From an uncultured Nitrospira sp. (GTDB lineage Bacteria > Nitrospirota > Nitrospiria > Nitrospirales > Nitrospiraceae): a DNA stretch of 41,218 bases. The notes beneath the pieces are model-generated. The model was given only the letters and a program-made list of their open reading frames with translations, was not told the origin of the DNA and ran no database searches. The translations under genes and the position numbers were made by a program. Numbering within the stretch: position 1 is the first letter of the stretch; the number at the start of each line of letters is the position of its first letter. Of the stretch, positions 9,481 through 17,913 are shown in pieces. The DNA lies in assembly GCA_964530675.1 (NCBI GenBank), contig CAZGYZ010000001.1, positions 1 to 41,218 on the forward strand, given 5' to 3'.

Positions 9481-10380
9481 ATGACACGACAGGGGAAGGC
9501 AGTGCGCGCAGACATCGGGATTATCGGCGGCAGCGGGTTATACGACATCGAGGGCCTTCGGAAGGTCAAGGAACTTTCGGTCAAGACTCCCTTTGGATCT
9601 CCTTCCGACACAGTGATACTCGGTGAGTTGGAAGGGGTTCGTATTGCCTTTCTCTCGCGGCATGGACGTGGACATCGGATGAATCCTTCTGAGATCAACT
9701 ATCGCGCGAATATTTACGCCCTCAAGTCGATCGGGGTGAGCCGGGTGATTTCTGTGAGTGCAGTCGGCAGTATGAAGGAGTCGATCAAGCCCGGTGACGT
9801 TGTGTTGCCGGATCAGTTTATCGATCTCACCAAACGGCGGGTATCTACCTTCTTTGAGGGAGGAATTGTCGCCCATGTGGCGTTCGGTGATCCGGTCTGC
9901 CCCTCGCTCGGTGCGGTATTGTCGGGTGCGGCTCGCACGGTCGGCGCCACTGTCCATCAGGGCGGCGTCTATCTCTGCATCGAAGGCCCGCAGTTTTCGA
10001 CCAAAGGGGAGTCTCGGTTATATCGTCAGTGGGGTGTGAGTGTGATCGGGATGACGAATCTTCCCGAGGCCAAGCTCGCACGTGAGGCAGAACTCTGTTA
10101 TGCCACGGTGGCCTTAGCAACCGACTACGACTGTTGGCATGAGACAGAACAGGCCGTCACTGTCGAGTCGATCTTGACCACTCTCCGCCGGAATGTCACG
10201 CTAGCCAAACAGCTGCTGCGGACGGCGCTGAGTGCGGTGGCCGACGCCAAGGCCTGCTCCTGTCAGCGTTCATTGCAGGATGCTATTATTACGGCGCCGG
10301 ATCGGATGCCCGCCTCGGTCCGACGGAAGTTGGCCTTGCTAATTGATCGGGTTCTTCCGGCGAAGAAAGGGATTCGGTGA
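9481..10380 (+). CDS. mtnP: S-methyl-5'-thioadenosine phosphorylase (PNP family 2)
   Basis: GIIGGSGLY, FLSRHGRGH, ISVSAVGS, GPQFSTKGES and GMTNLPEAKLAREAE blocks typical of MTAP. Confidence 0.85.
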   Translation: MTRQGKAVRADIGIIGGSGLYDIEGLRKVKELSVKTPFGSPSDTVILGELEGVRIAFLSRHGRGHRMNPSEINYRANIYALKSIGVSRVISVSAVGSMKESIKPGDVVLPDQFIDLTKRRVSTFFEGGIVAHVAFGDPVCPSLGAVLSGAARTVGATVHQGGVYLCIEGPQFSTKGESRLYRQWGVSVIGMTNLPEAKLAREAELCYATVALATDYDCWHETEQAVTVESILTTLRRNVTLAKQLLRTALSAVADAKACSCQRSLQDAIITAPDRMPASVRRKLALLIDRVLPAKKGIR

Positions 10381-10383
10381 GCT

Positions 10384-11298
10384 ATGGGGAAGTTGCTTGT
10401 CGTCGGATCGGTTGCACTCGATACGGTGAAAACACCCTTCGGGGAAGTCAGCGAGGTTCTTGGAGGTTCGGCCACATTTTTCTCAACGGCGGCCAGCTAT
10501 TTTACCAGCGTGGATCTCATTGCAGTCGTGGGGGAAGATTTCCCTCCGCAACACCTGGATTTTCTCAAGAGCCGTGGCATCGATGTCACCGGGTTGGAGC
10601 GGAGGCCCGGGGCGACATTTCGCTGGAAAGGGGAATACACTCATCAGTTGAACGAAGCGCACACACTCGATACGAAACTCAACGTATTCGAAACGTTTCG
10701 GCCACAGATTCCCGATGCCTATCGATCCCCGGACCTCTTGTTCTTGGGTAATATCGATCCGGAGCTTCAGTTGGATGTGCTGCAGAAACTTTCGCGTCCG
10801 CCGCTGGTCGCGTGCGATACGATGAACTTTTGGATCAATGGCAAACGGAACGCGTTGTGGCGGGTCTTGGAGCAGGTCGATATTCTGATCATTAACGATG
10901 GAGAAGCCCGTGCGCTCGGTGAAGATTCGAATCTGGTGAAGGTTGCGAAAAAAGTACTCGCGCGCGGACCCAAGCACCTCATCATCAAACGTGGGGAGTA
11001 TGGGGTATTGATGTTCAATGAGAAGCAGGTGTTCGGGGCTCCGGCCTTTCCGCTTGAAGATGTGCGCGATCCAACCGGTGCGGGGGATACCTTCGCCGGC
11101 GGGTTCCTGGGCTATCTGACGGCCACCGGCGATCGTTCGCTTGAGGCGTTCAAACAAGCAATTATCTTCGGGAGTGTTATGGCGTCATTTACCGTAGAAG
11201 CCTTTAGTCTTGACCGTTTGCGAATCCTGGATTACAAAGAAGTTCAGGAACGGTTTCGAGCCTTTAAGCGGCTGACCCATTTTGAGGACATTTCGTGA
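10384..11298 (+). CDS. PfkB-family carbohydrate/nucleoside kinase
   Basis: 304 aa with the C-terminal DPTGAGDTFAGGF signature of the ribokinase/PfkB family. Substrate not deducible. Confidence 0.8.
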   Translation: MGKLLVVGSVALDTVKTPFGEVSEVLGGSATFFSTAASYFTSVDLIAVVGEDFPPQHLDFLKSRGIDVTGLERRPGATFRWKGEYTHQLNEAHTLDTKLNVFETFRPQIPDAYRSPDLLFLGNIDPELQLDVLQKLSRPPLVACDTMNFWINGKRNALWRVLEQVDILIINDGEARALGEDSNLVKVAKKVLARGPKHLIIKRGEYGVLMFNEKQVFGAPAFPLEDVRDPTGAGDTFAGGFLGYLTATGDRSLEAFKQAIIFGSVMASFTVEAFSLDRLRILDYKEVQERFRAFKRLTHFEDIS

Positions 11299-11984
11299 TG
11301 CAGATTCGCTGTGTCGGTTCAATTATTGGACCATTGGCCTGCCCGTTGCTGGTGTCGGCCCTGTTGATCGGATGGTTGTCCGGCTGTGCCACATCGGAAG
11401 GTTCGGCGCAGAAATCAAAAGGCTATTATCAGGAAGGCATCGCGAGTCTGGAGTACGATCAGCAGAAGTCCTTTGTGTCGTTCCAGAAGGCGGTGAAGCT
11501 CGATCCGAACAACAAAGAAGCACGATACGGGCTCGGACACATACTGGCGCTGCAGGGTAAATTAGTTCAAGCTGAGGAGGAATTCACGGCAGCGACCAAA
11601 CTCGATGAGAATTACTCGGAAGCCTACACCTATCTGGGCCAGGTTTTAGAGAAACAGGAGCGGTGGACCGAAGCGATCGCTGCATTCCGTCAGGCGCTGA
11701 CCAATCCCTTATACGCAACGCCGGACCTGGCCCGATTCCATCTCGGTCGGGTCCTGGCTCACGAGGGTAATTTTCAGGGTGCCATGGAAGCGTTTGAGGA
11801 TGCCTTAGTGGTCAATCCGCCCAATGTCCCTCCGGCTTTATTACACTTAGAGTTGGGGCGGGCGTATTACAAGCTGGGGTTCGAACGGCGCTCAAGGGAA
11901 ATGCTGACTAAGGTGACGACGCTCGATAAGGGCGGTGAATATGCCGCAGCTGCGAAGGAATTGCTGACACGGCTCAAGCCGTAG
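11295..11984 (+). CDS. TPR-repeat lipoprotein (PilF/PilW-like)
   Basis: Lipobox WLSGC and several TPR units. It precedes a RodZ-like gene, as in the pilF-rodZ arrangement known from proteobacteria. Start is GTG 11295 or ATG 11298. Confidence 0.75.
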   Translation: MMQIRCVGSIIGPLACPLLVSALLIGWLSGCATSEGSAQKSKGYYQEGIASLEYDQQKSFVSFQKAVKLDPNNKEARYGLGHILALQGKLVQAEEEFTAATKLDENYSEAYTYLGQVLEKQERWTEAIAAFRQALTNPLYATPDLARFHLGRVLAHEGNFQGAMEAFEDALVVNPPNVPPALLHLELGRAYYKLGFERRSREMLTKVTTLDKGGEYAAAAKELLTRLKP

Positions 11985-11994
11985 AGAGACACCC

Positions 11995-12936
11995 ATGGAA
12001 TCAATCGGTGAATTTTTCAAGCAGGTGCGCGAGACCAAGGGGCTCACCATCGACGAAGTCGCCTCGAAGACGCGGATTCGAACCGATTTTGTGAAGGCGC
12101 TGGAAGATGGGAACTTCGCCAAGCTGCCCGATCAGGTGTTTGCGCGAGGCTTTGTCCGGTCCTATGCTCGGTCACTTGGGCTCGATGAAGAGGATGCGAT
12201 CCACCGATTCACTCAGTCAGCCGGCCCCTATTACGACAAGCAAGTTGAGCGGGAGAGATTAAAAATCAGGCAGGCGGAAGAAGAGCGAAAGCGTCAAGCT
12301 AACCGAAAGGCCGTCGCGATTGCGATCGGCGTTGCGATTCTTGCACTCATCTTCCTCCTAAGCCGGGAACAGTCGTCGCTCTTGGTCCATCGTTCGAGCT
12401 CGGACCTTCCATCTTCAGGATCGAAACGGACCACTGCACCGGCTCCAGAATCTCAGGACACGCCGCTGAGCCCTCAAACCGAAACGGTCCCGCAGGACCA
12501 GCCTGCTCCCAATACCAAACCGAGCGAGGCCCCTGTCGTATCAGCCAAGGCGAGCGTGGGAGATCACGTTGAGTCAGTGACCAGCCCCGTAACCACAGCT
12601 TCGGCTATGCCGAAGCCTGTGGCGCCAGTTCCTTCGTCGCTGGGGAACGACGGACCGCTGGGAGGGATTTCACTCGAAGGGTCTGGAACAACAGAGGGAC
12701 AGTTGGCACTGGACCTTGAGGCGATAGAGCTGAGTTGGGTCGTCATTCAGATCGATGGGGGCAGTCCCCAAGAAGCCTTGCTGCGACCCGGAGAAAAAGC
12801 TACATGGAAAGGTCAGGACCAGTTTATCTTGACGCTCGGTAACGCCGGGGGGGTCAAGGCCGAACTCAATGGCAAACCTCAAAAGCCATTCGGCCCGAGT
12901 GGCAAAGTCGCACGCGACATCGTCATCAAGCGTTAG
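11995..12936 (+). CDS. rodZ: RodZ-like cytoskeleton protein (XRE-type HTH, TM, Pro/Ser-rich linker, DUF4115-like C-terminus)
   Basis: N-terminal GEFFKQVRETKGLTIDEVASKTRIRTDFVKALEDGNF...FARGFVRSYAR, one TM segment, and a C-terminal ...SWVVIQIDG...GNAGGVKAELNGK... block. Confidence 0.75.
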   Translation: MESIGEFFKQVRETKGLTIDEVASKTRIRTDFVKALEDGNFAKLPDQVFARGFVRSYARSLGLDEEDAIHRFTQSAGPYYDKQVERERLKIRQAEEERKRQANRKAVAIAIGVAILALIFLLSREQSSLLVHRSSSDLPSSGSKRTTAPAPESQDTPLSPQTETVPQDQPAPNTKPSEAPVVSAKASVGDHVESVTSPVTTASAMPKPVAPVPSSLGNDGPLGGISLEGSGTTEGQLALDLEAIELSWVVIQIDGGSPQEALLRPGEKATWKGQDQFILTLGNAGGVKAELNGKPQKPFGPSGKVARDIVIKR

Positions 12937-13282
12937 CAGGCTTCGGAACAACATTTCACACAGCAGAACTTTGATGGCCTGCACGTCTGGCGTAGCCAGA
13001 CCTGCAGAGGTGCTCGATATTGAGGAATGGGGCGCCACGGCAGAATCTGAGGCACAATGGCGCCACCCTTTTGAAGCTTCCGAGATCTCCGTTGATCATA
13101 CATACCCTAACTAGCGGAAATATCGTATCTCACCGTGAGGGGATTCTGGCATGAGCCTTGATATGTATTTGGTTAGGGCTGAACGAAATCCGTCGGAGCG
13201 GAAGTGAGCATGAGTCGGAAACGGGATCGTGAAGCGAAAGAATTACGGAGTAGGGAAACCTTCCGATAGCACCCTGGATTGC

Positions 13283-13312
13283 TTGACATGAGTGGAAGGC
13301 CATTGTTATATT
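13283..13312 (+). promoter_or_regulatory. Candidate sigma70-type promoter for the cytochrome c gene
   Basis: TTGACA (13283-13288), a 17-nt spacer, then TTATAT (or an 18-nt spacer and TATATT), about 95 nt upstream of the ATG at 13406. Pattern match only. Confidence 0.35.
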
Positions 13313-13405
13313 CGCCCGCGTTTTGTCGCTTTGACATGGAGACCATAAGCCAGCGGCCCAATGCCGAGTTCACGTGCGGTGGTTAAACACAAAGGAGGAA
13401 ATCTG

Positions 13406-13852
13406 ATGGGGTATTTTTCTAAGTTCCTGGGAATCAGCGCAGCGCTGATATTGCTTTCGGCCTCAGTGGTTGGAGCCGAGGAGAAAGATCCACTCAAGTC
13501 CCGTGTCCCGGCTGATCAGATGGCCGACGCGAAGGCCAACAAGAATAAGTTTGAGCCAACTCCAGAGAACGTTGCCAAAGGAAAGGCACTGTTCGAGGGG
13601 AAGGGGACTTGCTTCAATTGTCATGGTAAGAATGGGGATGGCCAGGGCGAAGCCGGGAAGGTTCTCAATCCGAGCCCCCGCGATTTCACGAACTGCAAGT
13701 TTCATAAGAAGCGGAAAGATGGCGAGCTCTTCTGGGTGATGAAGAACGGGAGTGTCGGCACAGGCATGATTTCCTTGGTTCCAGCAATTATCACAGAAGA
13801 TGAAGCCTGGCTGATCATCCACTACGAGCGGACCTTCTGCAAAGCCGAGTAG
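13406..13852 (+). CDS. Small periplasmic class I c-type cytochrome
   Basis: Signal peptide MGYFSKFLGISAALILLSASVVGA and a single CFNCH heme motif. AAAGGAGG RBS 6 nt upstream of ATG 13406; the longer ORF from 13361 is rejected. Confidence 0.85.
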   Translation: MGYFSKFLGISAALILLSASVVGAEEKDPLKSRVPADQMADAKANKNKFEPTPENVAKGKALFEGKGTCFNCHGKNGDGQGEAGKVLNPSPRDFTNCKFHKKRKDGELFWVMKNGSVGTGMISLVPAIITEDEAWLIIHYERTFCKAE

Positions 13853-13878
13853 TTTCGTCGCAGCCCCAAGGCTAATGA

Positions 13879-13915
13879 GAGGGTGGAGGATCGAATCCTC
13901 CACCCTCTTTTTTTT
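13879..13915 (+). terminator. Rho-independent terminator after the cytochrome c gene
   Basis: Perfect 13-bp stem GAGGGTGGAGGAT / ATCCTCCACCCTC with a 3-nt loop, followed by T8. Confidence 0.85.
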
Positions 13916-13936
13916 CTTCCAAACGTGTGACTCTGT

Positions 13937-14157
13937 CAGGATGCTCAAAAAGGCCAGCCTTCTCACCCGCCCAACCCCGGCGCGCCGAGACGCGCACTGT
14001 CCCAGGCAATGCCGCGGCGCGCGATCACTTACTACTTTACTTAAGGGGTGGCTGGGATGATCCCAACTGCGCGCGTCCAACGAGGGCTTTCTCAAGCCGC
14101 GCGTTGCGCGAGCACGGGGATCGTCCCAGCTACCCCACCTTCTTTTTCAGCATCCTG
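13937..14157. mobile_element. MITE-like element (221 bp) with 16-nt terminal inverted repeats; it contains hairpin-core copy 1
   Basis: CAGGATGCTCAAAAAG (13937-13952) matches the reverse complement of CTTTTTCAGCATCCTG (14142-14157) at 15 of 16 positions. It lies between convergent genes. Confidence 0.6.
14045..14136 (+). repeat. Conserved 48-nt palindromic core flanked by a complementary arm pair (copy 1 of 3)
   Basis: The core CTGCGCGCGTCCAACGAGGGCTTTCTCAAGCCGCGCGTTGCGCGAGCA (14067-14114) is flanked by arms GGGGTGGCTGGGATGATCCC and GGGGATCGTCCCAGCTACCCC. Confidence 0.8.
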
Positions 14158-14161
14158 TTCG

Positions 14162-16114
14162 TTAGTGTGCTTCGGTGCCCTGGATCGCAGCAACCTTGGT
14201 CAATATCAAGGCAGCAGAGGGATCGATTGGGCTGATCGCCGGCACCGCAAACGGGCGTTGCTCCTGGTTCATGTAGGTTTTGGAAGCCCAGCGCACTTTC
14301 TGGCTGAGATAGGCCGCTGTTTCGCCGAGTGTCACGTCGCCGTCTCGATTGGTGTCGGCTTCACCGCGCAGCGCCCGCAGCAGATAGTAGGTGAACAGGC
14401 CATGCCGATGCTGGTCGTCCTCTAACCCTTGCCCGATGCCGCTGAGTCCAATGATATGGAGGGTTGAGCTTCCTGCGGGATTCCATTGTGGAAGGATGGT
14501 CTTGGTTTTGTTATCTGGCCCCATACGCGACACAACGCCATCGAACAAAAACACCGTCTGTTTTGCTTTCAAGCGGGCCAGCGCTGCCTCCAAATTTTTG
14601 AGCGGGTACGATCGTGAGGTAGTCGTGGCAGTCCCATCGTATGGGACCAGGAATGTCTCTCCCGTCGAAGAGACCGAAGCAAGACCGGCAAAGTAGACAA
14701 TAACGACTGCATCCCTGTTCATATGAGGCGGCAGCCAATCCAACAGCGCTTCGTCAATATCCGAGCGTATCGCCTTCCAATCTTGTAGTAGACGAATATT
14801 GGAGGCTGGCACCCCACCAAGGGACTGAAAATAGCTTGAGACTATCGCAGCATCCAAGGAAGCGAACTTGCGGGAGGGGATTTGCTGGTCTCGATAGGAT
14901 CCGATCCCGATTGAGATCAAGTAGGTGTGGGGTTGTTGAAACCCGGTGGTCACAGCAGGGATGTGATCCACGTCGTCAGTTTTGATGCTGCTAGGCTGGA
15001 TGGACAGGGCCAGGGTTTGAACCGGCGGCTGAATACGGGTTCCTGAATCGGAGACGGCCACGTGAATCTCGGCCTTTTGTTGTTGGATGGACTGCGGCAA
15101 AGTCGCCGCAAATTCGATTGAGCGGGATTGGCCCGGTTGCAGCCGTCCTATTGCAAGGGAGTTTGTAGGAAATTGGGCGAGTAGTGAGGCGGTTCCCGTC
15201 AAGGTAGCAGTGACACCCAGTAGGTCCTGCTCTCCTCCGTTCACGAGGTCGATGCGTACTCGAATGCGCTCGCCTCCCTCAAAGACCAAATTGCTGTTCT
15301 CGTCCAGCACAGTGGCCTTAAATGAGAGCGCCGACAAAGTGCCTTTGGCCTGCATGGCTGCCATCGGTGGAACTGACGGAGCTGGCGCTCCTTCCACCGG
15401 TGCGGGAGCCGCTGCCAGTTGGGTACGGACGGTGCGGATGAATTGTGTCGAGAGGGCGATCCCAGCGTCATGCACAAACTCGCCTATATTGCCGTAATCG
15501 CATCGGCGGTTGCTCGGTTCCAGGATAAGCCGTTGGTTGTGCGCGATGGAAACGGTCTGTCGGCCAAGTTCTTTCCCCGTAGGATCCTTGAAGGTTAAGA
15601 GGGTCTCGAGGGTGATGTCCGCAGGGACTCGATCATAGACATTATCAGCCCAAAGTTTGAGGCCCGAGCGTTGGAGTGTGACTACGATCTCTTTGTCTGG
15701 CGGGATCTGTGCGGGGACTCCACCGGTGACGGTTACGGCCGTAAAATTTTGAGAGGCCGCGTCAATCATGATCGATTCGACTTCTTCCCCCACGTTGAGC
15801 TCGTGGGGGCTATTGCATCCATCGATGTACTGCATTTTGAGATTGGTGAAGGAGGGATCGAAGGTCAGCTTGACGGAGTTGGCCAGACGCGGACCCATGT
15901 CTGGTAAGGGGGTTTGGTGAAACGCCGAAGTCAGCTTCTCGCATCCCGACAGTACGCCCACTGTGAGGAGAAGACCCAAGAGGGTGGCCCATCGCAGCGA
16001 AATGGCGGAGCGGCGCGCGACAAGCGAGCGGGGCGAAACTCGCGTAAGGTATGAGCCCTGTCTCTGCCAGTCGAGCTTTTCTCGCCAGTCTTGTGTGGTA
16101 CGCTCGGCTATCAT
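14162..16114 (-). CDS. Lipoprotein with a C-terminal caspase-fold (peptidase C14-like) domain lacking the His/Cys dyad; N-terminal beta-rich (CARDB/Ig-like?) region
   Basis: Lipobox VLSGC. The C-terminal block LISIGIGSYRD...VIVYFAGLAS...VFLFDGVVSR...HGLFTYYLLRALRGEADTNRDGDVTLGE follows the C14 pattern, but reads AGLA where SGHG is expected and DGV where DAC is expected. Confidence 0.75.
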   Translation of the reverse strand: MIAERTTQDWREKLDWQRQGSYLTRVSPRSLVARRSAISLRWATLLGLLLTVGVLSGCEKLTSAFHQTPLPDMGPRLANSVKLTFDPSFTNLKMQYIDGCNSPHELNVGEEVESIMIDAASQNFTAVTVTGGVPAQIPPDKEIVVTLQRSGLKLWADNVYDRVPADITLETLLTFKDPTGKELGRQTVSIAHNQRLILEPSNRRCDYGNIGEFVHDAGIALSTQFIRTVRTQLAAAPAPVEGAPAPSVPPMAAMQAKGTLSALSFKATVLDENSNLVFEGGERIRVRIDLVNGGEQDLLGVTATLTGTASLLAQFPTNSLAIGRLQPGQSRSIEFAATLPQSIQQQKAEIHVAVSDSGTRIQPPVQTLALSIQPSSIKTDDVDHIPAVTTGFQQPHTYLISIGIGSYRDQQIPSRKFASLDAAIVSSYFQSLGGVPASNIRLLQDWKAIRSDIDEALLDWLPPHMNRDAVVIVYFAGLASVSSTGETFLVPYDGTATTTSRSYPLKNLEAALARLKAKQTVFLFDGVVSRMGPDNKTKTILPQWNPAGSSTLHIIGLSGIGQGLEDDQHRHGLFTYYLLRALRGEADTNRDGDVTLGETAAYLSQKVRWASKTYMNQEQRPFAVPAISPIDPSAALILTKVAAIQGTEAH

Positions 16115-16124
16115 ACGGGGAACT

Positions 16125-16940
16125 TCATTGCAGCGGGAGTCCGACTCGACCGGCTGTCGTGGGATGGAGATTCTGCGCCGGGGACGGAGAAGCGTAGTAG
16201 CCCTTGGTCCAGTTCTGTCGGATCACAGCCAATTCGCGCAGCATGGCAAACCCATCTCTGATGACACGAAATTTTGAGCCCGGTTGATGGGACCAATTCA
16301 CCGGAATTTCTGCGATATGATATCTGCGTTGCTGCGCGACATAGAGCAACTCGACGTCGAAGCCATAGCCGTTGATGGTGGAGACGCCAAAGAGGTCTGC
16401 TGCCACAGTTTGACGGAAAAGTTTGAATCCGCATTGAGTGTCGGCGATTCCTCTGAGGCCTCTTTCCTGGATGAGAGTGTTGAACAGATAGCTCAAAATG
16501 GTCCGGTACCAGCGAGTCTGGACCGCATAGTCCGGCAACCGGGCGGCGAGTGAGCGCGATCCGATAGCCACGTCGGCGCCGTCCATCACGGCCTGTTCGA
16601 GCCGGGTGAGTTCCTGGATCGGAGTGGCGCCGTCCGCATCAGTAAATAGTTGCAGCCGCCCGATGGCAGCGCTCATCCCTCGTCGTACGGCGGCGCCTTT
16701 GCCTTGGCGCAGTGGAGCCCGGAGTAATTGAATCTCCGGGGTCGAAGAGACGAGGGTCTCAACAACGGTGGCCGTATCATCGGTACTGCCGTCGTCGACC
16801 ACGAGGATTTCAAAGGGCTGTTTTCGGTCCCGCAAGAATGTGGTGATGCTTTGAAGATGAGGAAGAATACGATCAGCTTCGTTATGAGCCGGAACGACGA
16901 TCGACCATTGAATGGAACCTGAGGCGCCTTGGCAGGGCAT
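16125..16940 (-). CDS. Family-2 glycosyltransferase (polyprenyl-phosphate glycosyltransferase-like)
   Basis: SIVVPAHNEA, VVDDGSTDDT and FTDADG (DxD) motifs. Its stop lies 10 nt upstream of the caspase-like gene on the same strand. Confidence 0.85.
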   Translation of the reverse strand: MPCQGASGSIQWSIVVPAHNEADRILPHLQSITTFLRDRKQPFEILVVDDGSTDDTATVVETLVSSTPEIQLLRAPLRQGKGAAVRRGMSAAIGRLQLFTDADGATPIQELTRLEQAVMDGADVAIGSRSLAARLPDYAVQTRWYRTILSYLFNTLIQERGLRGIADTQCGFKLFRQTVAADLFGVSTINGYGFDVELLYVAQQRRYHIAEIPVNWSHQPGSKFRVIRDGFAMLRELAVIRQNWTKGYYASPSPAQNLHPTTAGRVGLPLQ

Positions 16941-17133
16941 AGCTAACCACCCTCTTTGCAGTAAACCGAACAGACGGCGTCAGACCAGAGCCCAGGTTCA
17001 CGATGGTAACGAGCCCCAAGTGGGAATGCAAGCGGAGGGTACCACTGGACTTGACAGATCCGCCGATGGGGGGCCAACGTACAAAAAAGTGGCTTGCAGT
17101 GACGGGCAAGTTTGAACCTCCCGAAGGCTAAGT

Positions 17134-17913
17134 ATGCGCCAATTGCTCAATCAAGTCAGTCTCCTGCTCAGTATGGTTTTCTTGGTGTCTTGTGCCGCCG
17201 CCATTCCACCGGCACGGATTGGCGATTATGTTTCCTCAGAGCACAAGACCTTCGACGACGCGTTCAGGTGGATCAATCAGCGACCACTACAGGCAGAGCT
17301 TGTTGTGGTGTCAGATACGGCAGAGCCAGGTGCGGCTCCGAATCTGCCTGACGAGGCGCTTGTTCGCCTTGGAGAGAAACTACAGCAGGGTCTCGGTCGT
17401 GCGATTCCTGTGGCGATAACAGAGGTGATCTCGGCCGACCATATCAGACCGCAGCCGTATGGGGATTGGGCCCAGTTTGCAGAACTGGGCCGGCAACGGG
17501 GGCTCGATTATCTGGCCATCGTGATCGTCTCTAGCACTGAACGGGAATATCCCGTGACGCTATTTTTGGGATTAACTACGCATGCGCAACCTGGGTTTCG
17601 TCGAGATAACTGGTCGTTGCTGGAATTTGCCCTGTTGGATTTGAAACACAATCAGATCTTGATGCAAGCCGAGGGTAGGGGCTGGGCCACGCTGGATCGT
17701 CCGAGTGCGCCAGGGATTAATCAATGGTATCCGGCTGTCTACCTTCGCCCTCAGGATGAGCGGCGGATCTGGCCGCCAACGTACGAGGGTGCGCCGAACA
17801 CGCTCCGTGTTGTGTCCTTTGAGCAAGCAGCTAAGCGGCTGCTCCTGAAGCTTCAGAACTCTTGGATTGGGGTATTAGATTCCGAGGCGCGGGCTCGGAG
17901 AACCGGTTCCTAG
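17134..17913 (+). CDS. Hypothetical lipoprotein
   Basis: Signal peptide with lipobox FLVSC. RBS-like GAAGG upstream. No recognisable domain. Confidence 0.65.
   Translation: MRQLLNQVSLLLSMVFLVSCAAAIPPARIGDYVSSEHKTFDDAFRWINQRPLQAELVVVSDTAEPGAAPNLPDEALVRLGEKLQQGLGRAIPVAITEVISADHIRPQPYGDWAQFAELGRQRGLDYLAIVIVSSTEREYPVTLFLGLTTHAQPGFRRDNWSLLEFALLDLKHNQILMQAEGRGWATLDRPSAPGINQWYPAVYLRPQDERRIWPPTYEGAPNTLRVVSFEQAAKRLLLKLQNSWIGVLDSEARARRTGS

Noticed and set aside
12704-12718. TGGCAC-N5-CTTG, a sigma54-like string inside the rodZ-like gene
   Set aside because: It lacks the GC dinucleotide at the -12 position, lies mid-gene and has no downstream start. It is likely chance.
13029-13072. Possible terminator after the rodZ-like gene (GGGGCGCCA ... 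TGGCGCCACCC TTTT)
   Set aside because: The stem has a bulge, the loop is about 20 nt and only four T residues follow. It is too weak to call as a feature.
13463-14095. 210-aa minus-strand ORF overlapping the cytochrome c gene, its terminator and the MITE-like element
   Set aside because: It reads through a strong terminator hairpin and repeat DNA, whereas the plus-strand gene has an RBS, a signal peptide and a CxxCH motif.
13927-14425. ORFs 13927-14235 and 14048-14425 (+) inside and around the repeat element
   Set aside because: Their translations derive from the inverted-repeat element and from the antisense of the caspase-like gene. The same peptide-like strings recur wherever the repeat occurs, which marks them as non-coding repeats.
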